Origin: an uncultured Hormoscilla sp.
GTDB lineage: Bacteria; Cyanobacteriota; Cyanobacteriia; Cyanobacteriales; Desertifilaceae
DNA: 64,000 nucleotides
Direction of reading: 5' to 3'
NCBI GenBank assembly: GCA_963921275.4
Contig: OZ001293.3
Location: 5,664,001 to 5,728,000, forward strand
This document shows positions 11,050-23,356 of the stretch, in pieces. The number at the start of each line of letters is the position of its first letter. The first letter of the stretch is position 1. The notes under the pieces are model-generated. The model ran no database searches, was not told the origin of the DNA, and saw only the letters and a list, made by a program, of their open reading frames with translations. The position numbers and the translations under genes are program-made.

Positions 11050-11242
11050 GGTTATCAAACTCCTGAAAATAATGGTAGTTTCTCACCACTGTCGGTCAAA
11101 TTGGGCAAAACTGGAAGGGGTTTGTTACAAAACTTAACTTTCGGGCTGATGACAACCGGTAGATTAGGTGAGAGTAGAACAGGAGTCGGACGGGGCATGT
11201 GCTGCGTTTAACCCTCACAAATCCAACAAGTAGATCCGTGCA

Positions 11243-12076
<834 letters not shown>

Positions 12077-12735
12077 TAGTATAACAGAGCGCATGAGATT
12101 GGCGCGCTCAGGCAAGGCTCGTGCAAAGCTCGTAGCGTAACACGCTCACGCTGCGAGCGCTTATAGTTAGCAGCCAGGGCTAGCCATCCACTGCTTTTTT
12201 CTAGCTTAGTGGACTTGCCTCACAAAAAGCAAGTAATATACCGGATTTGCCGCTCTCAAGTAAGACGAGCGCCTGCTATGGCAATAATACGGAACGAGGG
12301 AGATGATGAGAGATTACTGCCAAATCCCCCGCTCGTACTGAGGATTACCCCAAATATTGGAGATGTGTAAGTTTTTGGGCAACAAGAGCGCAACTCCAGA
12401 TAAGTAGGATGCGTATTTTGCCAGAAGACGAGATCGCCTCTGGACTGGGATGGTGCCCACCAGTGACCAGGACCAGGCCCACCAGTGACAACTAACAACT
12501 GACAACTGATAACTTGACAAAGAGCAGGAGAGATGAGTTATTATATACAGATTAACCTAGCCCGAACGATAGTGGTCGATTTTGAGTGGGAAAACTAGAG
12601 GACAGGCTGGTCGCTATACTGGGTCGGGCCTAGCTCGGGGCGGTATAAATCTGGGTTGGTATCTACACGCACATGGCTACAGGGCGAGGTCATACAAGTT
12701 GCGCCTGCGCGATCGGAGAGTTGGAGTTAAAGCTA

Positions 12736-13407
12736 ATGGATGCTCCTGTTCCAGGTCCAAGAGTAATTACCAGAACTAGCTTGGCTCGCCAGCTGCGAAG
12801 CTTACAGGGGGACGTATTACGCATGGGATCCCTGGTAGAAAAGTCCTGCTGGCTGGCCCGTAAAGCTATATACGATTGGGATTTGGCAGCGGCCAAAGAG
12901 ATCGCGGTGCAAGATAAACAGATCGATCGATTTTACCGACAAATTGAACTAAACTGCGTCAGCACGATGGCACTCCAGGCACCGGTGACCCAAGACTTGC
13001 GGTTAATCAGTGCTCTGATGCAGCTAGTACGAGACCTGGAGCGAATAGGTGATTATGCTAAGGATTTAGGCGAAATCGCGTTTAAACTGTTTGCTTATCC
13101 GCCTCATGAGTGCATGGGAAAAATTCAGGTGATGTTAGACAGAACTCAAGCTATGCTGGCAATGAGTTTAAGGGCCCTGTCGGACTTGGATGCCCAGGCG
13201 GGTCTAGAAGTTAAGGTGAAAGATGATCAGGTAGATTCAGACTACCTGATCATCTATAACGAACTGGCCAATCAAAAGGATCTTCAGGGGGTGGTGGAAC
13301 AGACTATGCTACTGGTGTTAGTCATCCGTCACTTGGAACGCATGGCAGACCATGCTACTAATATTGGACAACGAGTGGCTTACATTGTCACAGGTCAGCG
13401 CTATTGA
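12736..13407 (+). CDS. phoU: Phosphate signalling complex protein PhoU
   Basis: LQAPVTQDLR, RDLERIGDYA and RHLERMADHATNI motifs. Confidence 0.95.
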   Translation: MDAPVPGPRVITRTSLARQLRSLQGDVLRMGSLVEKSCWLARKAIYDWDLAAAKEIAVQDKQIDRFYRQIELNCVSTMALQAPVTQDLRLISALMQLVRDLERIGDYAKDLGEIAFKLFAYPPHECMGKIQVMLDRTQAMLAMSLRALSDLDAQAGLEVKVKDDQVDSDYLIIYNELANQKDLQGVVEQTMLLVLVIRHLERMADHATNIGQRVAYIVTGQRY

Positions 13408-13754
13408 CCTCTTGGTTGTCCTGTTCCCTATAGGTGTGAATTGACATCGATACCAACTGGACTAGGTGGGAAAAACAGCAAAGGGTTTTGCCATGCTGGA
13501 CATCGGTGCCGCCCCGCATTGTATCATCAATGTCTCCTGTGTGCCGTCCATGTCCCCTGGGACAAGAGCAAGGAGCAGAGATATCGAATCATCGACTTTC
13601 AAAAGATGGTGACACACAACCTACGGAAGTGGCCATGATGTCTGGAGACGTGATGATCTGGCGATATCACTTGACACAGGGTGAGATCCTATCGTCTCAC
13701 CCCTGTCAAGTGATATGGGATTGACAATTGTTCAAGGAGAGGAATCATCGCTAC

Positions 13755-16031
13755 ATGGAATTTTCAATCGCAACACTGCTAGGGAATTTTGAAGATGAAA
13801 AATTGGTAGCGCCTAAGGTTTTGGAGAAAAAACTGGGTGCTACGGAAAATGGAAGTCTGCGCAAACTCCAAATTGCCTTAGACGCCCTAGAAAGAATTGG
13901 GATTTTAGTCAAAGACCGTGGCAGATATAGAAGGGTCTATGACAAGCAATCCTTCGTTGAAGGCAAACTCCGCTGTTCGAGCAAGGGTTTTTGCTTTGCT
14001 ATCCAAGATGCCGAAGATACTGAGGATATCTATATCCGAGAAAGCAATCTCTCTACGGCATGGAACGGCGATCGGGTATTGGTGAAGATCCTCAAAGAAG
14101 GCAGTCGCAGACGCTCTCCAGAAGGAGAAGTACAGCTGATTCTAGACCGAGCAATTACTTCGGTACTAGGACGGGTGAAGCGTGCGAACGGGGATTACAA
14201 AGCCGTGCCTCTGGATGACCGGCTGCTGTTTGAACTGGACATTAAATCACAGGAGGCTCAAAACCTGGAAGAAGCGGTGGATCACCTGGTACATGTGGAA
14301 ATCCTCCGCTATTCTCTCGGTCAGCATCCTCCCATAGGCAGAGTTACCCAAGTCCTGGGTAGCAATGCTGAAGAAGCGGCTGATACGGAAATCGTCCGCT
14401 GCAAACATAACTTGCCCAAAGAGTTTCCCCCTGAGGTCTTAGCTGCTGCGGCTCAGGAGATGTCCCCGCCGGTATCGGAGGCAAAACGGCGGGATTTGCG
14501 CCAGATGCTGACAATTACGATCAAACCAGGCGCCTCGAAGGACAGTCGCCCTGAGACCTTAGATGACGCGCTCAGCCTGGATCGAACTGAAGCGGGATAT
14601 TGGCGCGTGGGGGTTCATATTGCCGATGTGGCTGAGTATGTCCTACCAGATGAGCCGATCGACCAGGAAGCTTCAAAGCGAGGGGCCTCGGTCTATTTGG
14701 GCGAAAAGGTGCTGCCGATGCTACCAGAGGCGGTGGCTGCTCGATGCTGCTTGGTGCCAGAAGCAGATAGATTAGCTGTCTCTGTATTATTGACCCTCGA
14801 CAGTGAAGGGCAGTTGATTGAGTTTGAGTTTCAACCGACAATCGTGCGAGTTAATTATCAATTGTCTTATCAGCAGGTAAGAGAAATTATTAATAAAGAG
14901 ACCAAATCATTTCCGAGAAAGGTAGCTGAAACTTTGTCCGAACTGTTGCTATTGACTCAGGGATTGAGAGAACAGCGCCTGAAGAGGGGTTCCTTTGATT
15001 TGAATTTGCCAGACAAAAAATTTCACTACGATGATGAGGGCACCTTGGGGGCTTTGGTAGTCTCGCCCCAACTGCCAGAGAGATCGATCGTAACGGAGTT
15101 GATGATTCTGGCAAACCAGGTGGTGGCAACCCATTTGCAGGCCCTATCTTTGCCGTTAATTTACCGCGTACATCCGACCCCTCATATGGAAGAGGTGCAG
15201 GAGTTAATTAAGTTGGCGGGTAATTTGGAGATTGAACTGGAACTGGCAGAAGAAGATGTGGTGACGCCGGCGGATTATAAAGCTTTCACCGGGGTGTTTG
15301 CCCAGTCATCGGCCCAGAAGGTACTCACCAATATCTTGATATCTACCTTGAAGCCAGCTGCTTACAGCACTACCCCTAAACCTCACTTTGGACTGGCCCT
15401 GGACGAGGCATACACTCACTTTACCTCTCCTCTACAGCGTTACGGCGATCTGCTGGTTCACCGGATATTGCATGCGGTGTTCGAACAGGGACGCGATCGC
15501 CGTACCAGTCGTGCTAAAGAAAGTTTTAACCTGCGCCACAGCAGTTGCCACAATCAAATCAACTGGAAGGTTCTCCCCCCAAACATCCTTCAGGACTTCG
15601 AGGATCACTTTACCTCAGTTGCTGCTCACTTGAGTGAGAAAGAAAGGATCGCCCAAGAAGCCCAAGAGGACTTGGACGGACTGCAAAAAGCGGAATTTAT
15701 GAAGGCACATACAGGGGAGATATTCAGTGGGGTGATTACTGGGGTCCAGTCCTACGGTTTCTTTGTGGAGCTGGAAGATGTATTGGTAGAAGGACTGGTA
15801 CATGTAAGCTCCCTGAAAGATGACTGGTATGAATATCGCTCCCGACAGCAAATGCTGGTGGGTCGCAAAAACCGCAATCAATACCGACTGGGCTCACGGG
15901 TGGAGGTGCAGGTGAAAAGCGTTGACTATTACCGCCAGCAAATTGACCTGATTGCTGTTAGCGGGGGTAGCGTTGGCACGGAATGGGAGGATGACCCAGA
16001 CGACCTTGAACCCGATGAATATAAAGATTAG
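13755..16031 (+). CDS. rnr: Ribonuclease R / RNB family exoribonuclease
   Basis: Cold-shock domains, LDDALS, YTHFTSPLQRYGDLLVHR and a C-terminal S1 domain. Confidence 0.9.
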   Translation: MEFSIATLLGNFEDEKLVAPKVLEKKLGATENGSLRKLQIALDALERIGILVKDRGRYRRVYDKQSFVEGKLRCSSKGFCFAIQDAEDTEDIYIRESNLSTAWNGDRVLVKILKEGSRRRSPEGEVQLILDRAITSVLGRVKRANGDYKAVPLDDRLLFELDIKSQEAQNLEEAVDHLVHVEILRYSLGQHPPIGRVTQVLGSNAEEAADTEIVRCKHNLPKEFPPEVLAAAAQEMSPPVSEAKRRDLRQMLTITIKPGASKDSRPETLDDALSLDRTEAGYWRVGVHIADVAEYVLPDEPIDQEASKRGASVYLGEKVLPMLPEAVAARCCLVPEADRLAVSVLLTLDSEGQLIEFEFQPTIVRVNYQLSYQQVREIINKETKSFPRKVAETLSELLLLTQGLREQRLKRGSFDLNLPDKKFHYDDEGTLGALVVSPQLPERSIVTELMILANQVVATHLQALSLPLIYRVHPTPHMEEVQELIKLAGNLEIELELAEEDVVTPADYKAFTGVFAQSSAQKVLTNILISTLKPAAYSTTPKPHFGLALDEAYTHFTSPLQRYGDLLVHRILHAVFEQGRDRRTSRAKESFNLRHSSCHNQINWKVLPPNILQDFEDHFTSVAAHLSEKERIAQEAQEDLDGLQKAEFMKAHTGEIFSGVITGVQSYGFFVELEDVLVEGLVHVSSLKDDWYEYRSRQQMLVGRKNRNQYRLGSRVEVQVKSVDYYRQQIDLIAVSGGSVGTEWEDDPDDLEPDEYKD

Positions 16032-16353
16032 GGGGAGCATGTGAGTTCGTAGGGCGGGCGACAAGAGCTGCCAGTCAGTTGTTAGAGCGTCGGTCTATTA
16101 ATAATACTTGACAAATTAAAACATCTGTGAATCAACGAAAAATCAACATATTCTCGCCTCCCCCTCTCCCTGGACCCCTCATGATTTTACCCAAAATTTG
16201 TTGTACTGGACCGATGCTTTAGCTGTTAGCGCCATCCCCGTCGGTAGGTGATTTTGTCTGAGAGCAAAAATAAGGACGAGACTTATCTGGACATGCTCCC
16301 CCGTTCCCAGGCAGAGCCGTGGGAACGAGGGGGAGGACAAGGCCAAAGGAAAA

Positions 16354-16977
16354 ATGGAAAATCAAGTGAGACAGACTCTGGTTATGGGAGTATCGGGGTC
16401 ATCGGGTTTAATCTATGCGGTGCGGGCGCTCAAATTTTTGCTCTGGGCAGATTACACTATTGACCTAGTTGCCTCGAAGGCAGTTTATATGGTCTGGCAG
16501 GCAGAGCAAAATATCCGCATGCCAGCGGAGCCAGTACAGCAGTCGGAGTTCTGGCGGCTGCAAGCTGGGGTAGAAACTGCCGGGAAACTGCGCTGTCACC
16601 CCTGGCAAGATATTGGTGCCAATATTGCCAGTGGTTCCTTCCGCACCCGAGGGATGATTATCATCCCTTGCAGTATGGGTACGGTGGCCAAATTGGCAGC
16701 AGGCTTGAGTTCGGATCTGCTCTTAAGGGCCGCTGATGTCCAGATCAAAGAAGGTCGGAAATTGGCGATCGTCCCCCGGGAGACTCCCTTAAGTCTGATT
16801 CACTTGCGGAATCTGACGGCTTTGGCTCAAGCAGGTGTTAAAATTGTTCCAGCAATTCCTGCTTGGTACCACAAGCCGCAGACGATCGAGGATCTGGTAG
16901 ATTTTGTGGTGGCTCGTGCTTTGGACCAACTGGATATTGATTGTGTGCCGATTAACCGCTGGGAAGGTCACGCTTAA
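16354..16977 (+). CDS. ubiX: Flavin prenyltransferase
   Basis: GVSGSSG, ANIASGSF, PCSMGTV and VPRETPLSLIHLRN motifs. Confidence 0.95.
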   Translation: MENQVRQTLVMGVSGSSGLIYAVRALKFLLWADYTIDLVASKAVYMVWQAEQNIRMPAEPVQQSEFWRLQAGVETAGKLRCHPWQDIGANIASGSFRTRGMIIIPCSMGTVAKLAAGLSSDLLLRAADVQIKEGRKLAIVPRETPLSLIHLRNLTALAQAGVKIVPAIPAWYHKPQTIEDLVDFVVARALDQLDIDCVPINRWEGHA

Positions 16978-16981
16978 AGTT

Positions 16982-17698
16982 ATGCCTGCCATTAGCCTTG
17001 TTTTACTGCTAGTCATTGGCGGAGGGCTGACTCTGTTTGCTTTGCAAAACTGGTCGCCTTCTTTGTCCCTGGTGTTTTTAGGATTGCCAACTCCTCCCTT
17101 GCCCCTGGCTGTCTGGATATTGCTGGGCCTGGCTGCCGGAGTGATGACTGGGTTGTCGATCGCGGCCTTGTTTAGGTGGTACAGTTATCTAGAGGCACGC
17201 CCACGCTACGAGGGAGGGTCTGCTTATCCTGCGGGTTCTTGGCCTCCTCAAGAGTCGAAAGGTAGCGAAACGGATTTTATTCGACGTAGTAAAACCACTT
17301 ACAATGCCCACCAGCGACGGGACGGTTTTGATACCATAGGCGATCGCACCCAAAAAGCGGCAGTCCCGACTAAAGGCGATCGCTGCGCGAAAAATCGCAC
17401 CCCCTCTTCAGCAGCATCGAATAATGATGATTGGGAACAGGAAAACAAGATATCTGAGGATTGGGATGATGCTGTAACGTCCGCAAGCACGGAGCAGAAA
17501 AAGGGCGATAAGGCTAAAGCAGGTCAGGAGGAAGGGAAAGATTCATTCTACTCCTATGGCTTCCAGGATAAGGGGAATTCGGGGAAAACTGAGGATGTCT
17601 ACGAAGCGAATTATCGGGTGATAATTCCTCCGGTTCGCGAGGAGAGTGACGCAGAGGAAAATGATGAAGATTGGGGATTAGATGAAGATGAAACTTAA
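16982..17698 (+). CDS. LapA family membrane protein with acidic tail
   Basis: LFALQNWSPSLSLVFLG and two TM helices; C-terminal VYEANYRVIIPP. Confidence 0.8.
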   Translation: MPAISLVLLLVIGGGLTLFALQNWSPSLSLVFLGLPTPPLPLAVWILLGLAAGVMTGLSIAALFRWYSYLEARPRYEGGSAYPAGSWPPQESKGSETDFIRRSKTTYNAHQRRDGFDTIGDRTQKAAVPTKGDRCAKNRTPSSAASNNDDWEQENKISEDWDDAVTSASTEQKKGDKAKAGQEEGKDSFYSYGFQDKGNSGKTEDVYEANYRVIIPPVREESDAEENDEDWGLDEDET

Positions 17699-17734
17699 TG
17701 AGATGATTGGTTTTCAACAGAAAAAAGATGATCA

Positions 17735-18331
17735 ATGAACAATTTAAGAGGAATTAGTATTTATATAATCGGGATGATGGGTGCAGGGAAAACGACGGTG
17801 GGGGAATTATTGGCAAAGGAACTGGAATATCGTTTTTTTGATACGGATGTGCTGATTGAACGAGTCAAAGGAAAAGCGATCGGGGAAATATTCAAAACGG
17901 AAGGAGAAGCAGGATTTCGGGAGATAGAAAGTCAGGTGTTGGGCTCGCTGTCAGCCTATCTGCAATCAGTGGTGGCTACGGGTGGAGGGATAGTATTGCG
18001 GCAGAAAAATTGGAGTTACCTGCACCACGGCATCGTTGTCTGGCTAGATTTACCGGTAGAACAATTATATAAGCGTTTGCAAGGAGATACGACCCGCCCT
18101 CTGTTACAAGAATGCGATGTCTCCCGGACGCACGGCGAAAACCCGGGAGACATCGCAGACCCCTTGGAAAAACTGCGATCGCTCCTGTCCGACCGGCAAC
18201 CCCTGTACAGTCAAGCGGATTTACACATTACTATGACAGGAGAAGAAACCCCTGAAGGAGTAGCAAGGCGCGTGCTAGAGGAAATTCCGACTATTATCAA
18301 ACCAGAAGTAAAGAATCGGGAATTTAACTAA
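17735..18331 (+). CDS. aroK: Shikimate kinase, carrying an in-frame hairpin insert
   Basis: GMMGAGKTTVG, FFDTD, ATGGG and RPLL motifs; extra CDVSRTHGENPGDI segment. Confidence 0.95.
   Translation: MNNLRGISIYIIGMMGAGKTTVGELLAKELEYRFFDTDVLIERVKGKAIGEIFKTEGEAGFREIESQVLGSLSAYLQSVVATGGGIVLRQKNWSYLHHGIVVWLDLPVEQLYKRLQGDTTRPLLQECDVSRTHGENPGDIADPLEKLRSLLSDRQPLYSQADLHITMTGEETPEGVARRVLEEIPTIIKPEVKNREFN
18113..18157. repeat. Hairpin micro-element, family B
   Basis: TGCGATGTCTCCCGG-ACGCACGGCGAAAAC-CCGGGAGACATCGCA; same loop reverse-complemented at 32032-32046. Confidence 0.9.
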
Positions 18332-18374
18332 ATTAACAATTTATTTGTGTGAGTAAATAATACCCATTAGACAT

Positions 18375-19268
18375 ATGCTCAAAGAAAATGAAGATTTGCA
18401 GCTTGAAGTTAGTGCGCGGGTGCGAGTGCTGAGTGAAGCGCTGCCCTATATGCAACAGTTTGCGGGTCGGACTGTGGTGGTCAAGTACGGGGGGGCGGCG
18501 ATGAAAGATAGCACTCTCAAAGATAAGGTGATGCGGGATATTGTATTTTTGTCCTGCGTTGGCGTGCGTCCGGTGTTGGTGCATGGTGGCGGTCCGGAAA
18601 TTAATACCTGGCTGGGTAAACTAGGCATTGAACCACAATTTAAGAATGGTCTGCGGGTGACGGATGCGGACACGATGGAAGTTGTGGAAATGGTCCTGGT
18701 GGGGCGGGTGAATAAAGAAATTGTCTCTCTGATTAATACGGCTGGGGGAAAGGCGATCGGGCTGTGCGGTAAAGATGGTAATTTGATCTGCGCTCGCCCG
18801 CAAGGTGCTGAAGGTATTGGTTTTGTCGGGGAAGTCAGCAGCGTGGATACCCAAATTTTGCAGTCCCTGGTCAACAGTGGCTATATTCCCGTAGTCTCAA
18901 GTGTGGCAGCAGATGAAACGGGACAGGCTTATAATATCAATGCTGACACGGTGGCCGGGGAGTTAGCAGCGGCCCTGGGGGCGGAAAAGCTGATTTTGCT
19001 GACGGATACTGCTGGAATTTTGCAGGACTATAAAGACCCATCAACCCTGATCTATAAATTAGACATTCAACAGGCGCGAAGTCTGATAGAAAAAGGGGTG
19101 GTGGCTGGTGGGATGATTCCTAAGGTGAATTGCTGCGTGCGGAGTCTGGCTCAAGGTGTGCGGGCTGCTCACATTATCGATGGTCGCATGCCCCACGCTC
19201 TGTTGCTGGAAATCTTTACTGACTCTGGGATCGGCTCGATGATCGTTGCCTCGGAATTCATGAGTTAA
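18375..19268 (+). CDS. argB: Acetylglutamate kinase
   Basis: [23 protein letters not shown] and GGMIPKV motifs. Confidence 0.97.
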   Translation: MLKENEDLQLEVSARVRVLSEALPYMQQFAGRTVVVKYGGAAMKDSTLKDKVMRDIVFLSCVGVRPVLVHGGGPEINTWLGKLGIEPQFKNGLRVTDADTMEVVEMVLVGRVNKEIVSLINTAGGKAIGLCGKDGNLICARPQGAEGIGFVGEVSSVDTQILQSLVNSGYIPVVSSVAADETGQAYNINADTVAGELAAALGAEKLILLTDTAGILQDYKDPSTLIYKLDIQQARSLIEKGVVAGGMIPKVNCCVRSLAQGVRAAHIIDGRMPHALLLEIFTDSGIGSMIVASEFMS

Positions 19269-19336
19269 TAGCGTAGGACGGGCGGATCGCCTGTCAGCGT
19301 AGGACGGGCGGATCGCCTGTCAGGGAGAAGCGTAGG

Positions 19337-19852
19337 GTGAAGACAGAAAGTTTAGAGATTGTCAAGGATAACTACGAGGCGGGCAAAAATGCCTTTGAGC
19401 GCGGTCAGTACAGCGCCTCAGTTGAGTATTTGGAAAAAGCGAGTGGCCTAGTTAATCCCAATTCTCAACTGGGAGGAGATGTGCTTCTGTGGCTGGCGAT
19501 CGCCTATGAGGCTGCCAGTAAGCAAGCAGAGGCGCGGGCGGTTTGTCAGCAGTTGCAATCTCATCCCAGTCTGGAAGCCCGCAAAGAAGGTAAGCGCTTA
19601 CTCTATATTCTGGAAGCACCCCAGCTAAAGAGACCGGAAGCATGGATGAGCAAAATCCCGGATTTAGGCTCAATGTCGGAAAGTGAGGTAAAATATCGGC
19701 GGGGTGCTGGTGTTGCTAAAAGCGGCACATCCCAGGGGCGGGTTGAACCGGAAGCAGATTTAACTCAGGTAAATAGGGAAGATAATCGATTTATCTGGGT
19801 GGCTCTGATTGTAGCAAGTCTGACAATCTGCGGTTTTATTTTGCTAAGTTAG
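19337..19852 (+). CDS. TPR-like protein with C-terminal TM helix
   Basis: YEAGKNAFERGQY helical repeat and LLYILEAPQLKRPEAW; lies directly after argB. Confidence 0.8.
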   Translation: MKTESLEIVKDNYEAGKNAFERGQYSASVEYLEKASGLVNPNSQLGGDVLLWLAIAYEAASKQAEARAVCQQLQSHPSLEARKEGKRLLYILEAPQLKRPEAWMSKIPDLGSMSESEVKYRRGAGVAKSGTSQGRVEPEADLTQVNREDNRFIWVALIVASLTICGFILLS

Positions 19853-19869
19853 TAGGAAGGGAAAAGGTA

Positions 19870-20604
19870 ATGATCGTGCAGAGGCAAAAGTCAGTTATCC
19901 GTTTTCTGGTCCCGGTTTATATTTTACTTTTGACAATGCTGACAGGCTGCGTCGAATATGACATTGGGGTCCAGATGAATAGTCAGACTCATGGGGAAAT
20001 AGTACAGCAGATTCAGCTGAAAGATCAGCTAAATCTTTTTAGTCGGGCGACGCTGCAAACATGGTTAGATAGCATTGACGAACGGGTGCGCCAGTTGGAA
20101 GGCAAAACAGAGATGCTTTCTGACCAGGCTATGAATGTGATTATTCCTTTTAATAATGGGGCGGAATTGGCTGTGAAGTTCAACAGTTTTTTTAATCCCT
20201 ATGAGCGGCCAGCTAATTATAATAATAATGAGGCGGATTTATCTTTACTTTCATCAAATTTGGAGGTAGCCCAAAATAATTTTATCTTGGCGCTCCGCAA
20301 TCACTTGCAACTAGATTTGGATTTGCGATCGCTCGCTGTGGTCTCAGCTGATGACGAAGTATTGCTGAGTCCGGATAGGTTTTTGGCTCTGAAATTTGGC
20401 CTGACTACTCCTTGGGGGGCAAAAATAATTGGCGATGATACCCGGAGATCGGGAAATCAGCTAGTCTGGACACTGGAACAGGGTAAACTAAATCATATTG
20501 AAGCGATATTCTGGGTTCCCAGTCCGATCGGAATTGGTGCTTTGATAATTATTATGTTGGTAGCAGGGGGAACATATTTGAAAGAGGGAAAGGTGAAGAG
20601 TTGA
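19870..20604 (+). CDS. DUF3153 family lipoprotein
   Basis: LTGC lipobox, IPFNNG, LDLDLRSL and NHIEAIFWVPSPIGIG. Confidence 0.8.
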   Translation: MIVQRQKSVIRFLVPVYILLLTMLTGCVEYDIGVQMNSQTHGEIVQQIQLKDQLNLFSRATLQTWLDSIDERVRQLEGKTEMLSDQAMNVIIPFNNGAELAVKFNSFFNPYERPANYNNNEADLSLLSSNLEVAQNNFILALRNHLQLDLDLRSLAVVSADDEVLLSPDRFLALKFGLTTPWGAKIIGDDTRRSGNQLVWTLEQGKLNHIEAIFWVPSPIGIGALIIIMLVAGGTYLKEGKVKS

Positions 20605-20634
20605 GAATAGAGAATAGAGAATAGAGAATAGAAA

Positions 20635-21564
20635 ATGGAATCATTAAAAGGACGAGATTTATTGAGTTTGGCAGACCTAAGTGCTAGGGAATTGAACTCA
20701 CTGTTAGAACTGGCGGCGCAACTGAAAAAGGGTAAGGTAAAATGGCGCTGCAATAAGGTGCTGGGACTGTTATTTTCTAAAGCTTCTACCCGGACTCGGG
20801 TGAGTTTGACTCTGGCAATGTATCAATTAGGAGGTCAGGTAATTGACCTGCTTCCTAATGTAACCCAAGTTAGTCGGGGAGAACCGCTGATCGATACAGC
20901 AAGGGTTTTAGAGCGATATCTAAATGTTTTGGCAATTAGAACTTTTGAGCAGCAAGATTTAGAAACTTTTGCTGAATATGCTAAGATTCCAGTGATTAAT
21001 GCGCTGACAGATAGAGAGCATCCTTGTCAGATATTGGCTGATTTATTGACGATCAAAGAATGCTTTTGCAATCTGGAAGGTAGGACTTTAACTTATGTGG
21101 GAGATGGAAATAATGTGGCGCACTCATTACTGTTAGGTTGTGTACTGGCGGGGATGAATGTGAGAGTGGCGACGCCGCCGAAGTTTGAGCCGAATGGTGA
21201 AATTGTGGCCCAGGCGCGTCAAATGGCGGCGGGACGCACGGAAGTGATGATAACCACAGACCCAGTGGCAGCAGTAACGGGCAGTCAGGTGGTTTATACT
21301 GATGTTTGGGCTAGTATGGGACAGGAAGCTTCTGCGGGCGATCGTTTGCCAGTTTTTCAGCCTTATCAGGTGAATAAAGCACTGTTAGCTAAAACGGATC
21401 CAAAGGCGATCGTGCTCCATTGTTTGCCAGCCCATCGGGGAGAAGAAATTACTGATGAGGTGATGGAAGGTTCTCAATCACGAATATGGGACCAGGCCGA
21501 AAATCGATTGCACGCCCAAAAGGCTTTACTGGCAAGTATTCTGGGGAATGAATTGAGCAATTGA
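20635..21564 (+). CDS. argF: Ornithine carbamoyltransferase
   Basis: STRTR, HPCQ, HCLPAHRG and QAENRLH motifs. Confidence 0.97.
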   Translation: MESLKGRDLLSLADLSARELNSLLELAAQLKKGKVKWRCNKVLGLLFSKASTRTRVSLTLAMYQLGGQVIDLLPNVTQVSRGEPLIDTARVLERYLNVLAIRTFEQQDLETFAEYAKIPVINALTDREHPCQILADLLTIKECFCNLEGRTLTYVGDGNNVAHSLLLGCVLAGMNVRVATPPKFEPNGEIVAQARQMAAGRTEVMITTDPVAAVTGSQVVYTDVWASMGQEASAGDRLPVFQPYQVNKALLAKTDPKAIVLHCLPAHRGEEITDEVMEGSQSRIWDQAENRLHAQKALLASILGNELSN

Positions 21565-21721
21565 GAATTGAGAATTGAGAATTGAGAATTGAGAATTGAG
21601 TTTAGTAAGTTGGGTTTCGTGCCTCAACCCAACCTACAGTTACTGAAATTTATATTATGGGCATTAAACCGGAGATGGGCAGGCGATCCGCCCGCCCTAC
21701 GCAAAAAATAACTGACAAATA

Positions 21722-23356
21722 ATGAGTGAAGTCCTGCTTTCTGTGGAAAATCTTCGAGTCGCTTATCCCCAACTTCACGGAACACCTAGTTGGGCGGTGG
21801 ATGATGTCTCTTTCACTCTCAAACCTGGAGAAAGATTGGGTTTGGTGGGAGAATCGGGTTGTGGTAAGTCTACTCTGGGACGTGCGGTGATGCGACTTTT
21901 ACCAACTGGTTCTCGCCTGGAAGGACGGGTAACTTTTGCGGGGGAGTCGGTATTTGATCTTTCTCCAACACAGTTGCGCCGCTTTCGTGGAGAAGCAGTG
22001 GCGCTGGTGTTTCAAGACCCGATGACTCGTCTGGATCCTTTGATGACCATCGGGGACCATTGTCTGGAAACTCTGCGATCGCACGAACCCCAACTTTCGC
22101 GCCGTCAAGCAAAGCAAAGAGCAATTTCTACTTTGTCGGCGGTGAACATTCCTGCCGATCGGTGGGGACAGTATCCTCACGAGTTTAGTGGTGGCATGCA
22201 ACAGCGGGTGGCGATCGCTCTCGCATTGGTGCTGAAGCCAAAACTAATTGTTGCCGACGAACCCACTACTAGCTTGGATGTGACGGTAGCGGCACAAATT
22301 CTCCAGGAACTGACGCGCCTCTGTCAAGAACGGGAAATGGCGCTGCTGTTAATTTCCCACGATCTGGCAACGATCGGAGAGTATTGCGATCGAATTGCGG
22401 TGATGTATGCCGGTCAGATCGTGGAAATGGGCGCTACTCAACAAGTGCTGCAACATCCCGAACATGAGTATACCCGATCGCTCTTGGCAACTGCACTCCA
22501 CATTCAAGCCGTCTCCGATAGAATCTCAGAAGTCAAAACTGACAATTCGCCCCTACTGCGGGTTACCGACTTACAGCAGCATTATACCTTGGAGGGCAAT
22601 TTTGTCGAACAGCTGTTTCGCAAAAACACTCCTGTAATTAAAGCAGTGGATGGAGTCAGCTTAGAATTATATCCTGGGGAGATTCTGGGATTAGTCGGAG
22701 AATCTGGTTGCGGCAAAAGTACCCTTTCTCGCAGCATTTTACAGCTTGTTCGCCCCACAGGTGGCAAGGTCGAGTTTCTTGGAGTTAATTTAACGAAAGC
22801 TTCACCTCGCAGACTGCGAGGGTGGCGCAGACAAATGCAAATGGTATTTCAAGACCCCCATGCTTGTCTAAATCCCTTGATGACCGTGGGACAAAGTATA
22901 GCAGACCCACTGTTTATCCACAAGTTGGCTACCCCTGCTGAGGCCAAAGCACGAGTAATATCCATGTTAGAAAGAGTCGGGTTAACTCCAACTGCTGATT
23001 ATTATCATAGATATCCCGGTGAGTTGTCTGGAGGACAGCAGCAACGAGTCGCGATCGCCCGGGCTTTAATTACCCGTCCGCAACTGCTGATCTGCGACGA
23101 ACCTGTCAGCATGCTAGATGCCAGCGTCCAGTCCCAAGTCCTAGATTTAATGTTAGAACTAAAACGGGATTTTGACCTCACTTATCTGTTTATTACTCAC
23201 AACCTCTGGGTGGCCAGGTTTCTGTGCGATCGCATTGCCGTGATGAACCAAGGTAAGATTGTCGAACTCGGTTCCACTCATGATATCTTTACCAACCCTC
23301 AGCACCCTTACACTCAAACTCTGTTGCAAGCTGCTCCTTTACTTGCGAATTGTTAA
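21722..23356 (+). CDS. Oligopeptide/dipeptide-type ABC transporter, fused double ATPase
   Basis: Two GESGCGKST Walker A motifs, FSGGMQQ/LSGGQQQ signatures, HPYT motif. Confidence 0.93.
   Translation: MSEVLLSVENLRVAYPQLHGTPSWAVDDVSFTLKPGERLGLVGESGCGKSTLGRAVMRLLPTGSRLEGRVTFAGESVFDLSPTQLRRFRGEAVALVFQDPMTRLDPLMTIGDHCLETLRSHEPQLSRRQAKQRAISTLSAVNIPADRWGQYPHEFSGGMQQRVAIALALVLKPKLIVADEPTTSLDVTVAAQILQELTRLCQEREMALLLISHDLATIGEYCDRIAVMYAGQIVEMGATQQVLQHPEHEYTRSLLATALHIQAVSDRISEVKTDNSPLLRVTDLQQHYTLEGNFVEQLFRKNTPVIKAVDGVSLELYPGEILGLVGESGCGKSTLSRSILQLVRPTGGKVEFLGVNLTKASPRRLRGWRRQMQMVFQDPHACLNPLMTVGQSIADPLFIHKLATPAEAKARVISMLERVGLTPTADYYHRYPGELSGGQQQRVAIARALITRPQLLICDEPVSMLDASVQSQVLDLMLELKRDFDLTYLFITHNLWVARFLCDRIAVMNQGKIVELGSTHDIFTNPQHPYTQTLLQAAPLLANC

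Noticed and set aside
10820..11090. Possible 6S or other ncRNA
   Set aside because: The conserved-looking part is psaM on the minus strand; no tRNA, rRNA or other recognisable structured RNA gene was found in the window.
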